From assembly GCA_963695095.1 (NCBI GenBank), contig CAVOFT010000001.1:3488001-3552000 (forward strand): DNA of 64,000 nucleotides, written 5' to 3'. The position numbers were made by a program, and so were the translations under genes. The notes beneath the pieces were generated by a model. The model was not told where the DNA came from. It ran no database searches and saw nothing but the letters and a program-made list of their open reading frames with translations. This document shows positions 1-10,881 of the stretch, one piece after another; the first letter of the stretch is position 1; the number at the start of each line of letters is the position of its first letter. This DNA is from an uncultured bacterium. Its GTDB lineage: Bacteria; Krumholzibacteriota; Krumholzibacteriia; JACNKJ01.

Positions 1-1612
1 CCCTGCCGGAGGACGACTTCCCCCGGCGCGTGGAGGTCTGGGACCGCGATGGCCGCCTCGTGGCCCTGCTCGCGGATCTGCCGCTTCAGGACGCCGTGCC
101 CATCGCCTTCGGCTCGGTGCCCACGGGTCGCCGCAGCTTCTCCTGGCGGACGGACACGGCGGCCACGCTCTGCTGGGCCGAGGCCCTGGACGGCGGCGAC
201 GCGGGCGTCGAGGCCGCCGAGCGCGACCGCGTCTTCACCCTGGCCGCGCCCTTCACGGGCCAGCCGCAGCCCCTGATCACGCTGGCCTATCGCTACGCGG
301 GCGCGCTCTGGGGCAACGACTCGCTGGCCGTGGTCAATTCCATGTGGTGGAAGACGCGGCAGATCCGCAGCTGGCGCGTGGAGCCCGGCCGCCCGGGCGC
401 GGCGCCGGTGCTGATGCAGGAGCGCTCCTACCAGGACCGCTATGCCGACCCCGGCCGGCCCGTGCTCGCCCCCGGCCCCTTCGGGCGGGACGTGATCCTC
501 ACCGCCGCCGGCGGCCGCGCGATCTACCTGATCGGCGACGGCGCCTCGCCCGAGGGCAACCGGCCCTTCCTGGATCGCCTGGACCTGGCCGGCGGCGAGG
601 CGACGCGGCTCTTCCGCTCCGAGGCGCCCTACTACGAGCGGCCCGTGGAGCTGCTCGATCCCGCGGCCCCGCTGATCCTCACGCTGCGCGAGAGCCAGGG
701 CGAGCCGCCGAACTACTTCCTGCGCGACCTGGCCGCCGGCAGCCTCGCGGCCGTGACGGCCTTCCCCGATCCCACGCCCCAGCTCGCGGGCATGCAGAAG
801 GAACTGATCCAGTACCCCCGCGCCGACGGCGTGCCGCTCACCGGCACGCTCTGCACGCCGGCGGGCTTCCGGCCCGGCGTCGATGCGCCCTTGCCGCTCA
901 TCGTCTGGGCCTACCCGCGCGAGTTCAAGAGCGCCGCCGACGCCGGCCAGGTGACGGACTCGCCCTATCGCTTCAACCGCGTGGGCTGGTGGTCGCCGCT
1001 GCTCTTCCTCACGCGGGGCTACGCGGTGCTCGATGACGCGGCCATGCCCATCGTCGGCGAGGGGGATGCCCAGCCCAACGACAGCTTCATCGCGCAGCTC
1101 GTGGCCAGCGCCCAGGCCGCCATCGACGAGGCGTGCGGCGCGGCGTGGCCGACCGCGAGCGCGTCGCCGTGGGCGGGCACAGCTACGGCGCCTTCATGGT
1201 CGCCAACCTGCTCGCGCGCTCGGACCTCTTCCGCCTCGGCCTGGCGCGCAGCGGCGCCTACAACCGCTCGCTCACGCCCTTCGGCTTCCAGGGCGAGGAG
1301 CGCAGCTTCTGGGAGGCGCCCGAGACCTACTTCGCGATGAGCCCCTTCATGCACGCCGACAAGATCGACGAGCCGCTCCTGCTCGTGCACGGCGAGGCCG
1401 ACAACAACTCGGGCACCTTCCCCATGCAGAGCGAGCGGCTCTACGACGCGATCAAGGGCCTGGGCGGCACCGCGCGCCTGGTGCTGCTGCCTCACGAGAG
1501 CCACGGCTACCGGGCGCGCGAGAGCGTGATGCACCTGATCTGGGAGACCGACACCTGGCTCGAGCGCTACGTGAAGAACGCGCCGCCCCGGGAGCAGGCG
1601 GCGCGCGAGTGA
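1..1612 (+). CDS. S9 (prolyl oligopeptidase-family, glutamyl-peptidase-like) serine peptidase; 5'-truncated by the window, one frameshift near 1131
   Basis: ORFs 30..1340 and 1133..1612 join into one protein with the GHSYG nucleophile motif, HGEADNN (Asp) and HESHGY (His). Confidence 0.9.
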
Positions 1613-1716
1613 TCGCAGCGAGTGCGCTCGGCGCCGTTCTAGGCGGGCGCTTCTTGGACGAAGGCCCTTTCCGGCGTGAGGCGGAGCGGTCTTTCATGGC
1701 GCTCCCTTCGCGCTAC

Positions 1717-2136
1717 TCACAGCGGCGGCAGCGCCCGTAGTGCCGCCGACACTTGGCCACAAGCCTCGATCACGGATGCGAGGAGGCGCTCGTCAACGGA
1801 GGGGTCGCCTTCGTACTCGCTCCGATTGCGAACGTTGTGCGCGCGGTCGAGTACTCGCCACACCTCGGGGCCGAGTCCCAGCGTGTGCGGCAGTGCCTGG
1901 AAGACCACGTAGCGCTTGGACGAGCGATACCCAGTCCGCCGCAGAGCCGCGAGGCACAGCGCGTGGGCGGCATTGCAGGCCAGGTCAAAGCGGCTCACGA
2001 GCGAGTTCGCCAGCCGCATCGAATCGGCGAGACGCGCCTCGCCGGAGTCGATCAGGCCGAGGTACTCGGCAGCGTCGGGCGGCTCCTGCTTCAGCGGCCC
2101 ACCAGGTCCGCAGAGCGCCTCAAGGGCCGAGCTCAT
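1717..2136 (-). CDS. HEPN-like toxin partner of an MNT antitoxin
   Basis: ~140 aa helical protein with 'AHNVRNRSEY' (R-x4-Y HEPN-like motif); overlaps the stop of the upstream nucleotidyltransferase gene. Confidence 0.7.
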   Translation of the reverse strand: MSSALEALCGPGGPLKQEPPDAAEYLGLIDSGEARLADSMRLANSLVSRFDLACNAAHALCLAALRRTGYRSSKRYVVFQALPHTLGLGPEVWRVLDRAHNVRNRSEYEGDPSVDERLLASVIEACGQVSAALRALPPL

Positions 2137-2752
2137 CTTCACCACCGATCAGCCACAGCTTGGGCTGGGCCATGACACGGACCGCAAAGGTGTTCTCGCT
2201 CTCAAGCCGCTCCTGGAACTCCTTCCCCGAGTAGATCGTCGGGGCCACCTTGCGGCCGAGTCTCTGCGATGCCGGTTCGAGCGCGGCGAACAGGTCAGCG
2301 TAGGCAAGACGGTCGCTGACGACCAGCACGTCGATGTCGCTCTCGCCGGTGTCTTCCCCCTTCGCGACGGAGCCGTACACGAAGGCCGCGCTGATCTCCG
2401 TGGCGAGGGGTTCGAGCGCCTCGCGCAGGATGTCGGCGAGTCCGAAGGTCTTGAGCACAAGCCCGTGCAGCTCTTCGAAGAGCGGGGACTTGGCGTTGGC
2501 TTGATAGTGCTTCTGCTTGCCCACCCGGCAAGCGCTCACGAGGCCCGATTCTTCGAGCCGGGCGAGTTCGCGCTGCACCGCGCCGGTGCCCGAGCGGGCA
2601 AGCCCGATGATCTGATTCGTGTAGAAGGAGCGGCCGGGGTTGCCGAAAAGCACGCCGAGCACGCGCTGCTGGACCTTCGAAAACAGCGCGTCCGCCAGCC
2701 CTGCAGATGCGGACTTCGGGCCGGGTTCAGGGGCTTCGTCATTCATTCCCAT
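2120..2752 (-). CDS. HTH-fused minimal nucleotidyltransferase (MNT) antitoxin
   Basis: N-terminal winged HTH (GAVQRELARLEESGLV) followed by the Pol-beta motif YGSVAKG..DTGESDIDVLVV. Confidence 0.85.
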   Translation of the reverse strand: MGMNDEAPEPGPKSASAGLADALFSKVQQRVLGVLFGNPGRSFYTNQIIGLARSGTGAVQRELARLEESGLVSACRVGKQKHYQANAKSPLFEELHGLVLKTFGLADILREALEPLATEISAAFVYGSVAKGEDTGESDIDVLVVSDRLAYADLFAALEPASQRLGRKVAPTIYSGKEFQERLESENTFAVRVMAQPKLWLIGGEDELGP

Positions 2753-2788
2753 GCTGGGTATGTTACTACCCAATCTGGGTACGGTCAA
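2746..2788 (-). promoter_or_regulatory. Sigma70-type promoter overlapped by two palindromic operator boxes
   Basis: Minus strand TTGACC(2788-2783)-17 nt-TAACAT(2765-2760); boxes TACCCA-N3-TGGGTA (2767-2781) and TTCCCA-N3-TGGGTA (2746-2760). Confidence 0.65.
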
Positions 2789-2790
2789 GG

Positions 2791-3340
2791 GCGGATAGGC
2801 ATTTCATAGCCGCTTTCGGTGCCGCGCGCCTGACCATGGCTCGCCTTCAGCGACCGCTCGCTCTCTTGGAGCCGCTTCGAGTATGCGCCTGGCCTTCGCG
2901 CCTGCCAACACGAGCGCCACGTCGAGGGCGCGGTTGACACGCTGCGGTGTCAGCGGCGGCGGGGGCCTGAGTTGACGCCTTTCCTCGACTTCGCTGGCCC
3001 CGGCAATGGCGCTCGGCCGGGCACTCCGCGCGCAGACTCCGCCCCCGCGCGCGATGCGCACCGCCTACCAGGGCTCATCGGTGTAGGCCGTCCGCTGATC
3101 GACGCAGTCCTCGCCGCCCCCCTCCCATGCGAACTCCGCCCACGGCGGCGCCCGCGAGGGCGACAGCGGTGAAGGCCTCGCGGACTTCCCCAGGTGCTCG
3201 AGGATGCGCCGTACCGCGGCGGCTTCCGTCACGAAGGCGAGAATCCGCATGGCGCCGCCGCAGCGCGGGCAGACCAGGGGCAGCACCGCGTAGATGCGCG
3301 CCAGCAGCATCGCCCAGGCGTAGCGCGCCGCGCGCGGGGA
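2791..3340 (-). mobile_element. IS91/ISCR-like element 3' remnant, copy 1
   Basis: Encodes YAWAMLLARIYAVLPLVCPRCGGAMRILAF..SRAPP (IS91-family transposase C-terminus); ends in an oriIS-like sequence (minus strand GGCTATGAAATGCCTATCC); similar to 8177-8650. Confidence 0.75.
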
Positions 3341-3374
3341 TGGCGGCTCAGCCAAGGAGCTGTGCCGGCGCCAC

Positions 3375-4307
3375 GGGCTCGCCGAACAGGTCCTGGATAA
3401 CCAGGCGCTCAAAGTGATGCTGGAGACGGCAAGAAACCTCTGAGGCCGTCGGAGCGGCGGGAGTGCATCCGCGCGGCCAGAGAGCGACTCCCCATCAGTG
3501 AGCGGCGAGCCTGTCAGGTAGCGGGCCTGTCGCGCTCGACCTGCCGCTATCGCGGGCAGAGGCGGGAGGATTCCCGGCTTCGCGAGCGGCTACGTGAGCT
3601 AGCCGGCGAGCATCGGCGCTACGGGATGCCGCGGCTGATCGTCTTGCTACGACGCGAGGGCATCATGGACAACCACAAGCGGATCGAGCGGATCTATCGC
3701 GAGGAAAGCCTGCAGGTCAGGCTGCGCAGGCGCAAGCGGACCGCCGGTTGCTGCGGGTACCGCTGGTCGAGCTGCCCGAGCGGGCGAATCAGCGCTGGTC
3801 GATGGACTCTGATCACGATGGCCTGGCTTCGAGCCGCACCTTTCGCTGCCTGACGCTGGTCGTCGATTTCACACGGGAGTACCCGCACATCGAGGTGGCT
3901 CGCTCGATACCCGGAGCACGTGTGACGCGCGTGCTGGACTACCTGGCCTGGTCCCGGAGGCTGCCCGAGGAGCTCGTCGTGGACAACGGTCCTGAGTTTC
4001 GAGGCTTGGACATGGATCGTTGGGCGCACGAGCGCGGCGTCGCGTTGCGCTTCATCGAGCCGGGCAAGCCGGTTCAGAACTGCTTCATCGAGAGCTTCAA
4101 CGGCAGCTTCCGGGACGAGTGCTTGAACGAGCACTGGTTCGTGAATCTGGAAGATGCCAAGCGGAAGATCGAAGCCCGGCGGACAGAGTACAACACCTTC
4201 AGGCCGCACAGCTCGCTGGGGCAGATGACACCGGCAGCCTTCGCGGCCAAGCACGATGAGACCGCGGGACTAACTCCCGAGTTGGCCTAGAAGAAGGGGG
4301 AAGGTCA
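3375..4307 (+). mobile_element. IS3-family transposase remnant (end of orfA plus frameshifted orfB) with right end
   Basis: DDE core WSMD..DNGPEF..PGKPVQNCFIESFNG..RPHSSLG; terminus GGGGGAAGGTCA at 4307. Confidence 0.9.
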
Positions 4308-4918
4308 CCGTTACCCTCGCGCTGTAGCTGTTTCCACACCTTGCGGGCACCGTAAACCTGGCGATTCTCCTGCCAGACACGCTCAATGGTTGAACTCAGC
4401 TCAAGATCGCGCTGTGCATGCGGAGGCAGCCGCGAGGGATCGGCCTCTCGCACCTTCTGCTCGTAGTTGGTCGACGGGGCGATCGGCAACTGGCCGCAGA
4501 TCGGCTCGACCCCGTACTGCTCGCGGCGCGCGTCGATGAACGCGACCATCACTTCCGTTTGTGGTCGAGCTCCGCTTGGGCGAAACAAGCTGAGGCCTGG
4601 CGCAGGATCTCGTTCGCTCGTCGCAGCTCGCGATTCTCCCGCTCCAGTTCCTTGACGCGTGCCCGCGCGTCGGTGCTCAGGCCACCGCGACGGCCGGCAT
4701 CAACCTCAGCCCGTCGCACCCAGCGCCGCAGCGACTCGGCCGTGCAGCCGAACTTGCTTGCGAGCGACACCACCACTTGCCACTGCGACGGGTACTCGCC
4801 CTCATGCTCGAAGACCATCCGCACCGCCGCTCTCGGACCTCGGGGGAATATCGGGTAGATCGTGTCATGCCCCAATCCTCTCGAAGATTGGAGCCTCCGG
4901 CAATCCCGGGGCGGTTCA
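4308..4918 (-). mobile_element. IS3-family (IS51-group-like) element, left part, truncated at the neighbouring IS3 end
   Basis: orfA ..[35 protein letters not shown]; orfB start MVAFIDARREQYGVEPIC; left end TGAACCGCCCCGGG at 4918. Confidence 0.85.
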
Positions 4919-4920
4919 GT

Positions 4921-5000
4921 CTTTCAGGTTTCGTACGGCCGTCGGCGCCCTTGTAGATATTGATCCAGGCCCGCCATGTTTTGTCATCCATAATCCCAAT
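4921..5000 (-). pseudogene. Fragment of the 3' end of an FAD-dependent oxidoreductase gene
   Basis: Translates DDKTWRAWINIYKGADGR, against DDENWRAWINILKGADGR in the 51233..52972 protein. Confidence 0.7.
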
Positions 5001-5049
5001 CCGCGTCCGACGTTCTGTTGGGCGCCCTCTCGGCGCTGTGTGAAGCTCG

Positions 5050-6756
5050 CTATTGCTGCGGATCGCCATCGCCATCCGGAAGCTCGAACCCGAACTCAAT
5101 CCATTCTCCGTACTGTCCATCGACTCCAACACGCCCACCATGCAGGTCAATGATCTTCTTGACGAGATAGAGTCCGACCCCAGTACCTTTGCGGGATCGC
5201 AACTCGGGGTCGTGGATTCGACGGAATTTCGTGAAGAGCTCGGGGAATCGTTCCCTCGGCACCCCCACTCCCTGATTGCGAACCCCAACGTGCAGCCCCT
5301 GCGGGAGCCGGTCGGCAGTGACCCGGATCTCCGTTCCTGTCCGACCGTACTTGACGGCGTTCCCGATCAGATTGTCCATGACCACTCGCATCAGGTCGGG
5401 ATCAGCCCGCAGAGGAATCTGGGCCGCTTTGAGAGAAATCGTCATCTCCTGTTGGGACGCCGGGGAGGAGAGGTCGGTGATCGCCGGGCGGATGACCTCT
5501 TGGCAGAAGTCGGCCAGCGGCGTCTTCTTCGGGGCGAACCCCTCACTTTCTGCCCGGCTCAGGTTGTTGAAGCTGAGCGCGATCTCATGCCCGTAGTCCA
5601 GGTAGCGACGAATCGCGGCCAGCGGGCGTTGAAGCGCCTCGGGCACATCCCCCGCGTCGCCGCTGTCTATCAGTGTCATTTGCATCAGTGCACCCGCGAC
5701 GGGGCTTTTCAGCTCATGGGCGACGAACCCCAAGACCTCCATGTAGTCGTCCAGAACCTTCTTCACTTGCCGGTTGCTGGCTTCCAGGGCAACAGTCCTG
5801 GCGTTGACCTGGTCCGCCATCTGATTGAACGTATCGGCCAGCGACCTGACCTCCTCTGGATCCCTTCTCGATACCTCTATACGTTCTCGCTCTCCGCTGC
5901 CAAGGGCGGCCGCAGCCCCGGTCAGTTTCGTCAGAGGGTACGCCAGACGCCTCCCAAGATACCAGCCTCCCGCCGACATGATCAGGGTGAGGCCCAGGAT
6001 GAAGACGAGGAACAGGACGATGCTCCGTTTTCCCTGTGCGACATACGGATATTCGTCAAGTCCAGCGTAGAGCATTCCGACAACATCACCGTCGATGGTG
6101 CGAATGGGCAAGTAGGAAGAGATCACCCAGCGGTCCACGACGAACGCCCGATCGTTCCAGGGCCGTCCTTCTCCGAGGACCCGCCGGGCCACTTCCTCTG
6201 AGACACGCGTCCCCGTCGCCCGGCGACCGTCGGGCAGTCTCACATTGGTGGCGATGCGGGTGTCTCCTTCAAAAATCGTGATGGTCGCAGGATTCGGCTC
6301 CAAACCAGAGGATCCGAAGACCATCGCGCAGATCTCGTCGGGCAACCGGTTCGCCCCCCGGAGCGGCGCAGCAGCCACCAGGAGTTTCTCCGCGTCCGGG
6401 GCACGGCGCACCGAGACCACGCACAGACCGTCCGTCAATAGGGCAAACCCTTCTGCCTTGGTATCCGTGAGCGCCTTCTGGACAAGGGCGTACAAGGGCA
6501 CGCCTGGGCGCACGTCCTCGGCCAAGACGGCGGTCAGTTTCGCGGCGCGGGGGAAAGGACCACCAGGATCCAGGCGAGCGAATTCCGCATCGAGAAGTCG
6601 TCGTCCGACCCGGGTGGCTTCATCGACGCGAGCCATCGCCTCACGGCGCACGGCCTCGATCATCTGCTGGTAACCCACCAGTCCGACGACTCCGCCTACC
6701 ACGCACGTCAGAGCTAGACCAAAAAGGGCGAATCGATTTTCCAGCTTGCTTAGCAT
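5050..6756 (-). CDS. Cache + HAMP sensor histidine kinase
   Basis: Two TM helices, RIATNV..RATGT Cache motif, HAMP, H-box AHELKSP, N box NAVKY, G2 box GTGVGL. Confidence 0.92.
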   Translation of the reverse strand: MLSKLENRFALFGLALTCVVGGVVGLVGYQQMIEAVRREAMARVDEATRVGRRLLDAEFARLDPGGPFPRAAKLTAVLAEDVRPGVPLYALVQKALTDTKAEGFALLTDGLCVVSVRRAPDAEKLLVAAAPLRGANRLPDEICAMVFGSSGLEPNPATITIFEGDTRIATNVRLPDGRRATGTRVSEEVARRVLGEGRPWNDRAFVVDRWVISSYLPIRTIDGDVVGMLYAGLDEYPYVAQGKRSIVLFLVFILGLTLIMSAGGWYLGRRLAYPLTKLTGAAAALGSGERERIEVSRRDPEEVRSLADTFNQMADQVNARTVALEASNRQVKKVLDDYMEVLGFVAHELKSPVAGALMQMTLIDSGDAGDVPEALQRPLAAIRRYLDYGHEIALSFNNLSRAESEGFAPKKTPLADFCQEVIRPAITDLSSPASQQEMTISLKAAQIPLRADPDLMRVVMDNLIGNAVKYGRTGTEIRVTADRLPQGLHVGVRNQGVGVPRERFPELFTKFRRIHDPELRSRKGTGVGLYLVKKIIDLHGGRVGVDGQYGEWIEFGFELPDGDGDPQQ

Positions 6757-6922
6757 GATCTTCAGTCCACTTCAGTGACAACGCAGGGAGCCGCGTGGGG
6801 CGCCACTCTCTCGGATCGCATGCCGAGCGATGGCCGTAATCTCAGATACTTTCGCCAGCACAAGCGGTGGGCGGTGGGCGAAACGCTTGATGCCGTCCTC
6901 CGTGGTCACGCCGACAAGCACG

Positions 6923-8018
6923 GGTGCATCCGGGTTTTGTGTTGGTAGCCGCCGCTCATGACGGCCGCGCCGCGGCGGGGTAGAGGTCGAGTCCACCGAG
7001 ATGAAAGTAGATCGCCAGACGGAAGCGCTCCCGGTTGTGAAAGCCGCAGGCCTTCCTCTTAATCGCCTGGATACTCGCGTTGATCCCCGCCGCAGCCCGC
7101 TGCGCCACCGCGGTCACGATGCCCTCGAGATGCCGCTCCAGCATCACGGCCACCCGCGTCAGCTTCGTGCAGCCCATCGCCAGCAGCCCGCGGTGCTCCC
7201 CGCGTCGCACGGCATTGACCGCATCCCCCAGGTGCTTCGCCACGTGGAGCTCGTCGAAAGCGATCTTCTCGGCGGCGCCCGGCGCAAAGGCCAAGGTGGC
7301 CTGGATGTAGGGCTGCCACATGTCCATGCACACCGACGCGATTTCGGCCAAAGCTCGCGGACTCAGGGTGGCGTAGTGGCCTTCCAGACTCGCTTGATCG
7401 CGGTCATCGGCCATGTAGAGAACATCACCGCCGACCGAATCGGAGACCACCGTCGCGTACTCGTGCCGCTTCTGGAACGAAGTCTCGTCGACGCCGAGGC
7501 GCGTGGGCGGATCCAGTTGCCGGCGCTGAAAGCCTCGCCGGACTGCCCGCTGCTGGATACCCGCGGGCTCATCCCAGCTCAGCTTCAGCAGACGGCCGGC
7601 ACCCGAAAGTCTCGCTTCCTTGAACCAGTCGATGGCCCGTGCCTCGAACGAGGCCGTGAAGTGCGAGCTGGGCTCGGCCCAGGACACATGAATCTGGTGG
7701 ACGCCGTGCACTGCGCACTCGACCCGTGGGATCTCCGCCTCGATCACCGTGCGATACTGGCAGGCGTCGAGATGGCGCCAGCGGCGGCGGCAGGCATCGT
7801 AACCCGGTGCCACCTCGCCGCAGACCGGGCAGGTCAACACGCCGGATAGTTCCCGATCGAGCAGGACGAGAACTTCGCCGGCTTGGAGCCGAAGCTCCAC
7901 GTCACGCACGAACCAGAGCGATCGGATGCCGGGGAGCTGGGCATAGAGTCCTTTGTCTCGCATGCTCGCGAAGATAGCGGCTCAGGCGGTTCCTACCCAT
8001 ACGAAATCCTGAAGCGCC
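6923..8018 (-). mobile_element. ISL3-family element with an internally deleted transposase (ORF 6956..7963)
   Basis: CPVC..RWRHLD zinc finger, GVDETSF, CMDMW; imperfect 26-bp terminal inverted repeats at 6923-6948 and 7993-8018. Confidence 0.85.
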
Positions 8019-8176
8019 AGGCTGGGGAAGACCATCTCAACCGCTGTCCCAAGTGCAGCTCCAGAGTCGAAGAGCGCTACGAAGCTCTCATTCTGCCTAT
8101 AAACATCTTCAATGAACCACACGGGCCAGCCGTGGGAATGTCAACGATCTCCTTCCCGAACCGAGCTTCGTCCCCG

Positions 8177-8650
8177 GCGGATGGGCGTTTCAAAGCCACT
8201 TTCGGTGCCGCGTGCTTGGCCATGACTCGCCTTCATCGACCGCTCGCCCTCTTCGAGCCCACGTCGAGTATGCGCCTGGCCTGCGCGCCTGTCAACGCGA
8301 GGGCGCGGCTGGCACGCTGCGGTGCCATTGGCTGCGTGGCCCTGAGCTGGAGGCTTCCCTCGACTTCCCCGGCCCCGGCAATAGCCCCTAGCCGGGGGAC
8401 TTCGCGCGCAGACTCCGTCCCCGCGCGCGTTGCACGCCGATTATCAGGGCTCGTCGCTGTATCGGGTGCGCTGATCGTCGTCGCCATCGCCGCCCCCCCC
8501 CTCCACGTGTTCAGGGACGCACCGCGCTGTGGCCGCCGCCGACACGAAGGCAAGGATCCGCATGGCGCCGCCACAGCGTGGGCAGACCGGGGGCAGCACC
8601 TCGTAGATACGCGCCAGCAGCATGGCCCAGGCGTAGTGCGCCGTGCGCGT
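8177..8650 (-). mobile_element. IS91/ISCR-like element 3' remnant, copy 2
   Basis: HYAWAMLLARIYEVLPPVCPRCGGAMRILAF; downstream non-coding DNA and oriIS-like end align with 2791-3340. Confidence 0.75.
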
Positions 8651-8850
8651 GGATGGCGGCGGCAGGATCAGCGCTGCCAGACGCGCGATTCGGTTCGAGT
8701 CTCTGGCGCTGAGCATTGCCGACGGACGGGCGACCGACGCCAGGAAGGATGCTGCGCATTGCGCGAACCCGCTATGTGTTTCCCCTGATTCCGCCAAACA
8801 GGCCAGCTTGGCTAATTCATACCAGCAGACTCAGACATCCGAGGTGTAGC

Positions 8851-10332
8851 ATGAGACACGAATCAAGATCGCACGGGGAAGCCAAGAGGGAAGGTGCCGG
8901 GACGACGACGGAGCGCCCGCCCGCCGGCGGGCAACAGCACCTCCGGGACGAGGTGCAATGGGTCGGCGAGCGCAAGAGCACGGACGTGCTCGTCGTCGGC
9001 GGCAGCGCCGCGGGGTTGACCGCGGCGATCACGGCGAGGCGGCACCACCCGGACAGAAGGATCCTGCTCCTGAGGCGTGAGGCGAAGGTCCTTGTTCCTT
9101 GCGGTATCCCGTACATCTTCGGCACTCTGGGCTCCCCAGACAAGAACCTGATCCCGGATACGGTGCTTCAGGACAACGACATCGAGCTGAAGATCGGCGA
9201 GGCGCTTGCCCTGGATCCGGCACGGCACCGGGTGAGCCTCGTCGGCGGCGGGATCCTGGAGTACGACAGGCTCGTTCTCGCCACGGGCTCGAATCCGACG
9301 TACCCGCCCATCCCCGGCCTCGAGAAACAGAACGTCTTCGCCGTCTGCAAGGACGTCGACTATCTACGCCAGATGCAGCAGGCGCTACAATCCGCCAAGG
9401 AACTGGTCATCATCGGCGGCGGCTTCATCGGCGTGGAACTCGCGGACGAGTGCAGGAAGCTGGGCGACGTCAACGTGAGCATCGTCGAGGCCATGCCACA
9501 CTGCCTCAACCTGGCTTTCGACGAGGAGTTCTGCCAAGTCGCGGAGGCTCGCCTCGCCGAAAGCGGTATCAAGACCTATCTGCGGCATCGCGTGCGGGAG
9601 ATCTCGGGCGGGGCCGCCGTGACGGGCGTCGTCCTCGACAATGGCGAAGAGCTGCGCGCTGATGCCGTGGTGCTCGGCATCGGATCCCAGCCGAACGTAT
9701 CGCTGGCGAAAGCCGCGGGTCTCGAGATCGGGCCGACCGGAGGAGTTGCTGTCGACCGCTGGATGCGGACATCCGCCGGCGACATCTTCGCCTGCGGCGA
9801 CTGCGCGGAGAAGGTCTCGTACTTCGACGGCAAGCCCTGCAACCAGAAGCTCGCATCCATCGCCACGGTCGAAGCGAGAATCGCTGCCGCCAACCTCTAC
9901 GAGGACCGCCGCGAGAACGCCGGTACGCTGAGCGCATGGGGCACCGTCGTCGGGGGGACGGCGCTGGGCGGAGCTGGCATGACCGAAGCCATGGCGATCG
10001 AAGCCGGCTACGACGTGGCAGTCGGAGTCGCCGAAGCGCCGAACCGCCATCCCGGCTCGATGCCGGGGATGTGCCCGACGAAGGTGAAGCTCGTCTTCGA
10101 CCGTAGCCGTGGCACGCTCCTGGGGGGCGAGCTAGTCGGCGGACACGACATCGGCGGCGACGTGAACGTGATCAGCGCCCTCATCCAGGGCAAGGCCAAC
10201 GCGGATGAAATCGCAGTGTTTCAGATGGCGACCCATCCGGCGCTGACGGCATCGCCTCTCGTTTACCAGATCGCCAATGCTGCCGAAGCGGCCTTGCGGA
10301 AAATGCGACTCGCTCCCTCGGCTAGCCTCTAG
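8851..10332 (+). CDS. FAD-dependent pyridine nucleotide-disulfide oxidoreductase (CoA-disulfide reductase / NADH oxidase family)
   Basis: GGSAAG FAD motif, redox Cys in PCGIPY, GGGFIGVE NAD motif, GDCAE; start codon uncertain. Confidence 0.88.
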   Translation: MRHESRSHGEAKREGAGTTTERPPAGGQQHLRDEVQWVGERKSTDVLVVGGSAAGLTAAITARRHHPDRRILLLRREAKVLVPCGIPYIFGTLGSPDKNLIPDTVLQDNDIELKIGEALALDPARHRVSLVGGGILEYDRLVLATGSNPTYPPIPGLEKQNVFAVCKDVDYLRQMQQALQSAKELVIIGGGFIGVELADECRKLGDVNVSIVEAMPHCLNLAFDEEFCQVAEARLAESGIKTYLRHRVREISGGAAVTGVVLDNGEELRADAVVLGIGSQPNVSLAKAAGLEIGPTGGVAVDRWMRTSAGDIFACGDCAEKVSYFDGKPCNQKLASIATVEARIAAANLYEDRRENAGTLSAWGTVVGGTALGGAGMTEAMAIEAGYDVAVGVAEAPNRHPGSMPGMCPTKVKLVFDRSRGTLLGGELVGGHDIGGDVNVISALIQGKANADEIAVFQMATHPALTASPLVYQIANAAEAALRKMRLAPSASL

Positions 10333-10417
10333 CCCACGGGGGGTGGGGGGTGGATTTCAAGCGAATCTAACCGTCGCCGGGAATCGTCGAGCACTCGGGC
10401 TAGATCCGGGAGAGGCC

Positions 10418-10600
10418 ATTGACCACCTGACCTTCGACGGCGAAGGGGAGCCGAAGCTCTGCGGGGATCCGGGCTACCTGATCCGTCGCACCAGGAAACG
10501 AAGCGCGACCCCCATGGCCGTTGTCACCAACGGCGTCCCGGTTTCAACGGGGGAGGTCCGGCGCGAGCTGCTGTCAGCCAATGTCGTGTTAGCGCCCGTA
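10418..10600 (+). pseudogene. Degenerate fragment of a COG0731-like radical SAM protein
   Basis: IDHLTFDGEGEPKL..LIRR..PMAVVTNG..EVRREL resembles the TFSG.GEPTL..VAVLTNG core; no CxxxCxxC, no start. Confidence 0.5.
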
Positions 10601-10881
10601 CCAAGTGCACGACCCATCTCGATCCCGCTGATGAGTCCATCCACGTATGCCACCGCAATCGTGACCAGGGCGCGACCGCAAGCCGGGCGGGTTCCGTAGT
10701 CTGTGCCGACCGCTGGCCCGGCACTCGGCAATCTAGCCCACGGAATCCGTCCGTTCGGCGGCGCCTTCCGTCGCGGGATCACGTCAAGCGCGACTTAGCT
10801 ATGTAGATGCCCTGATTCACAGATTGGTCCTCGTGCCCGATATTGACCGTGGCACACGGAAGCCAATCCCAGGAGCGCAGC

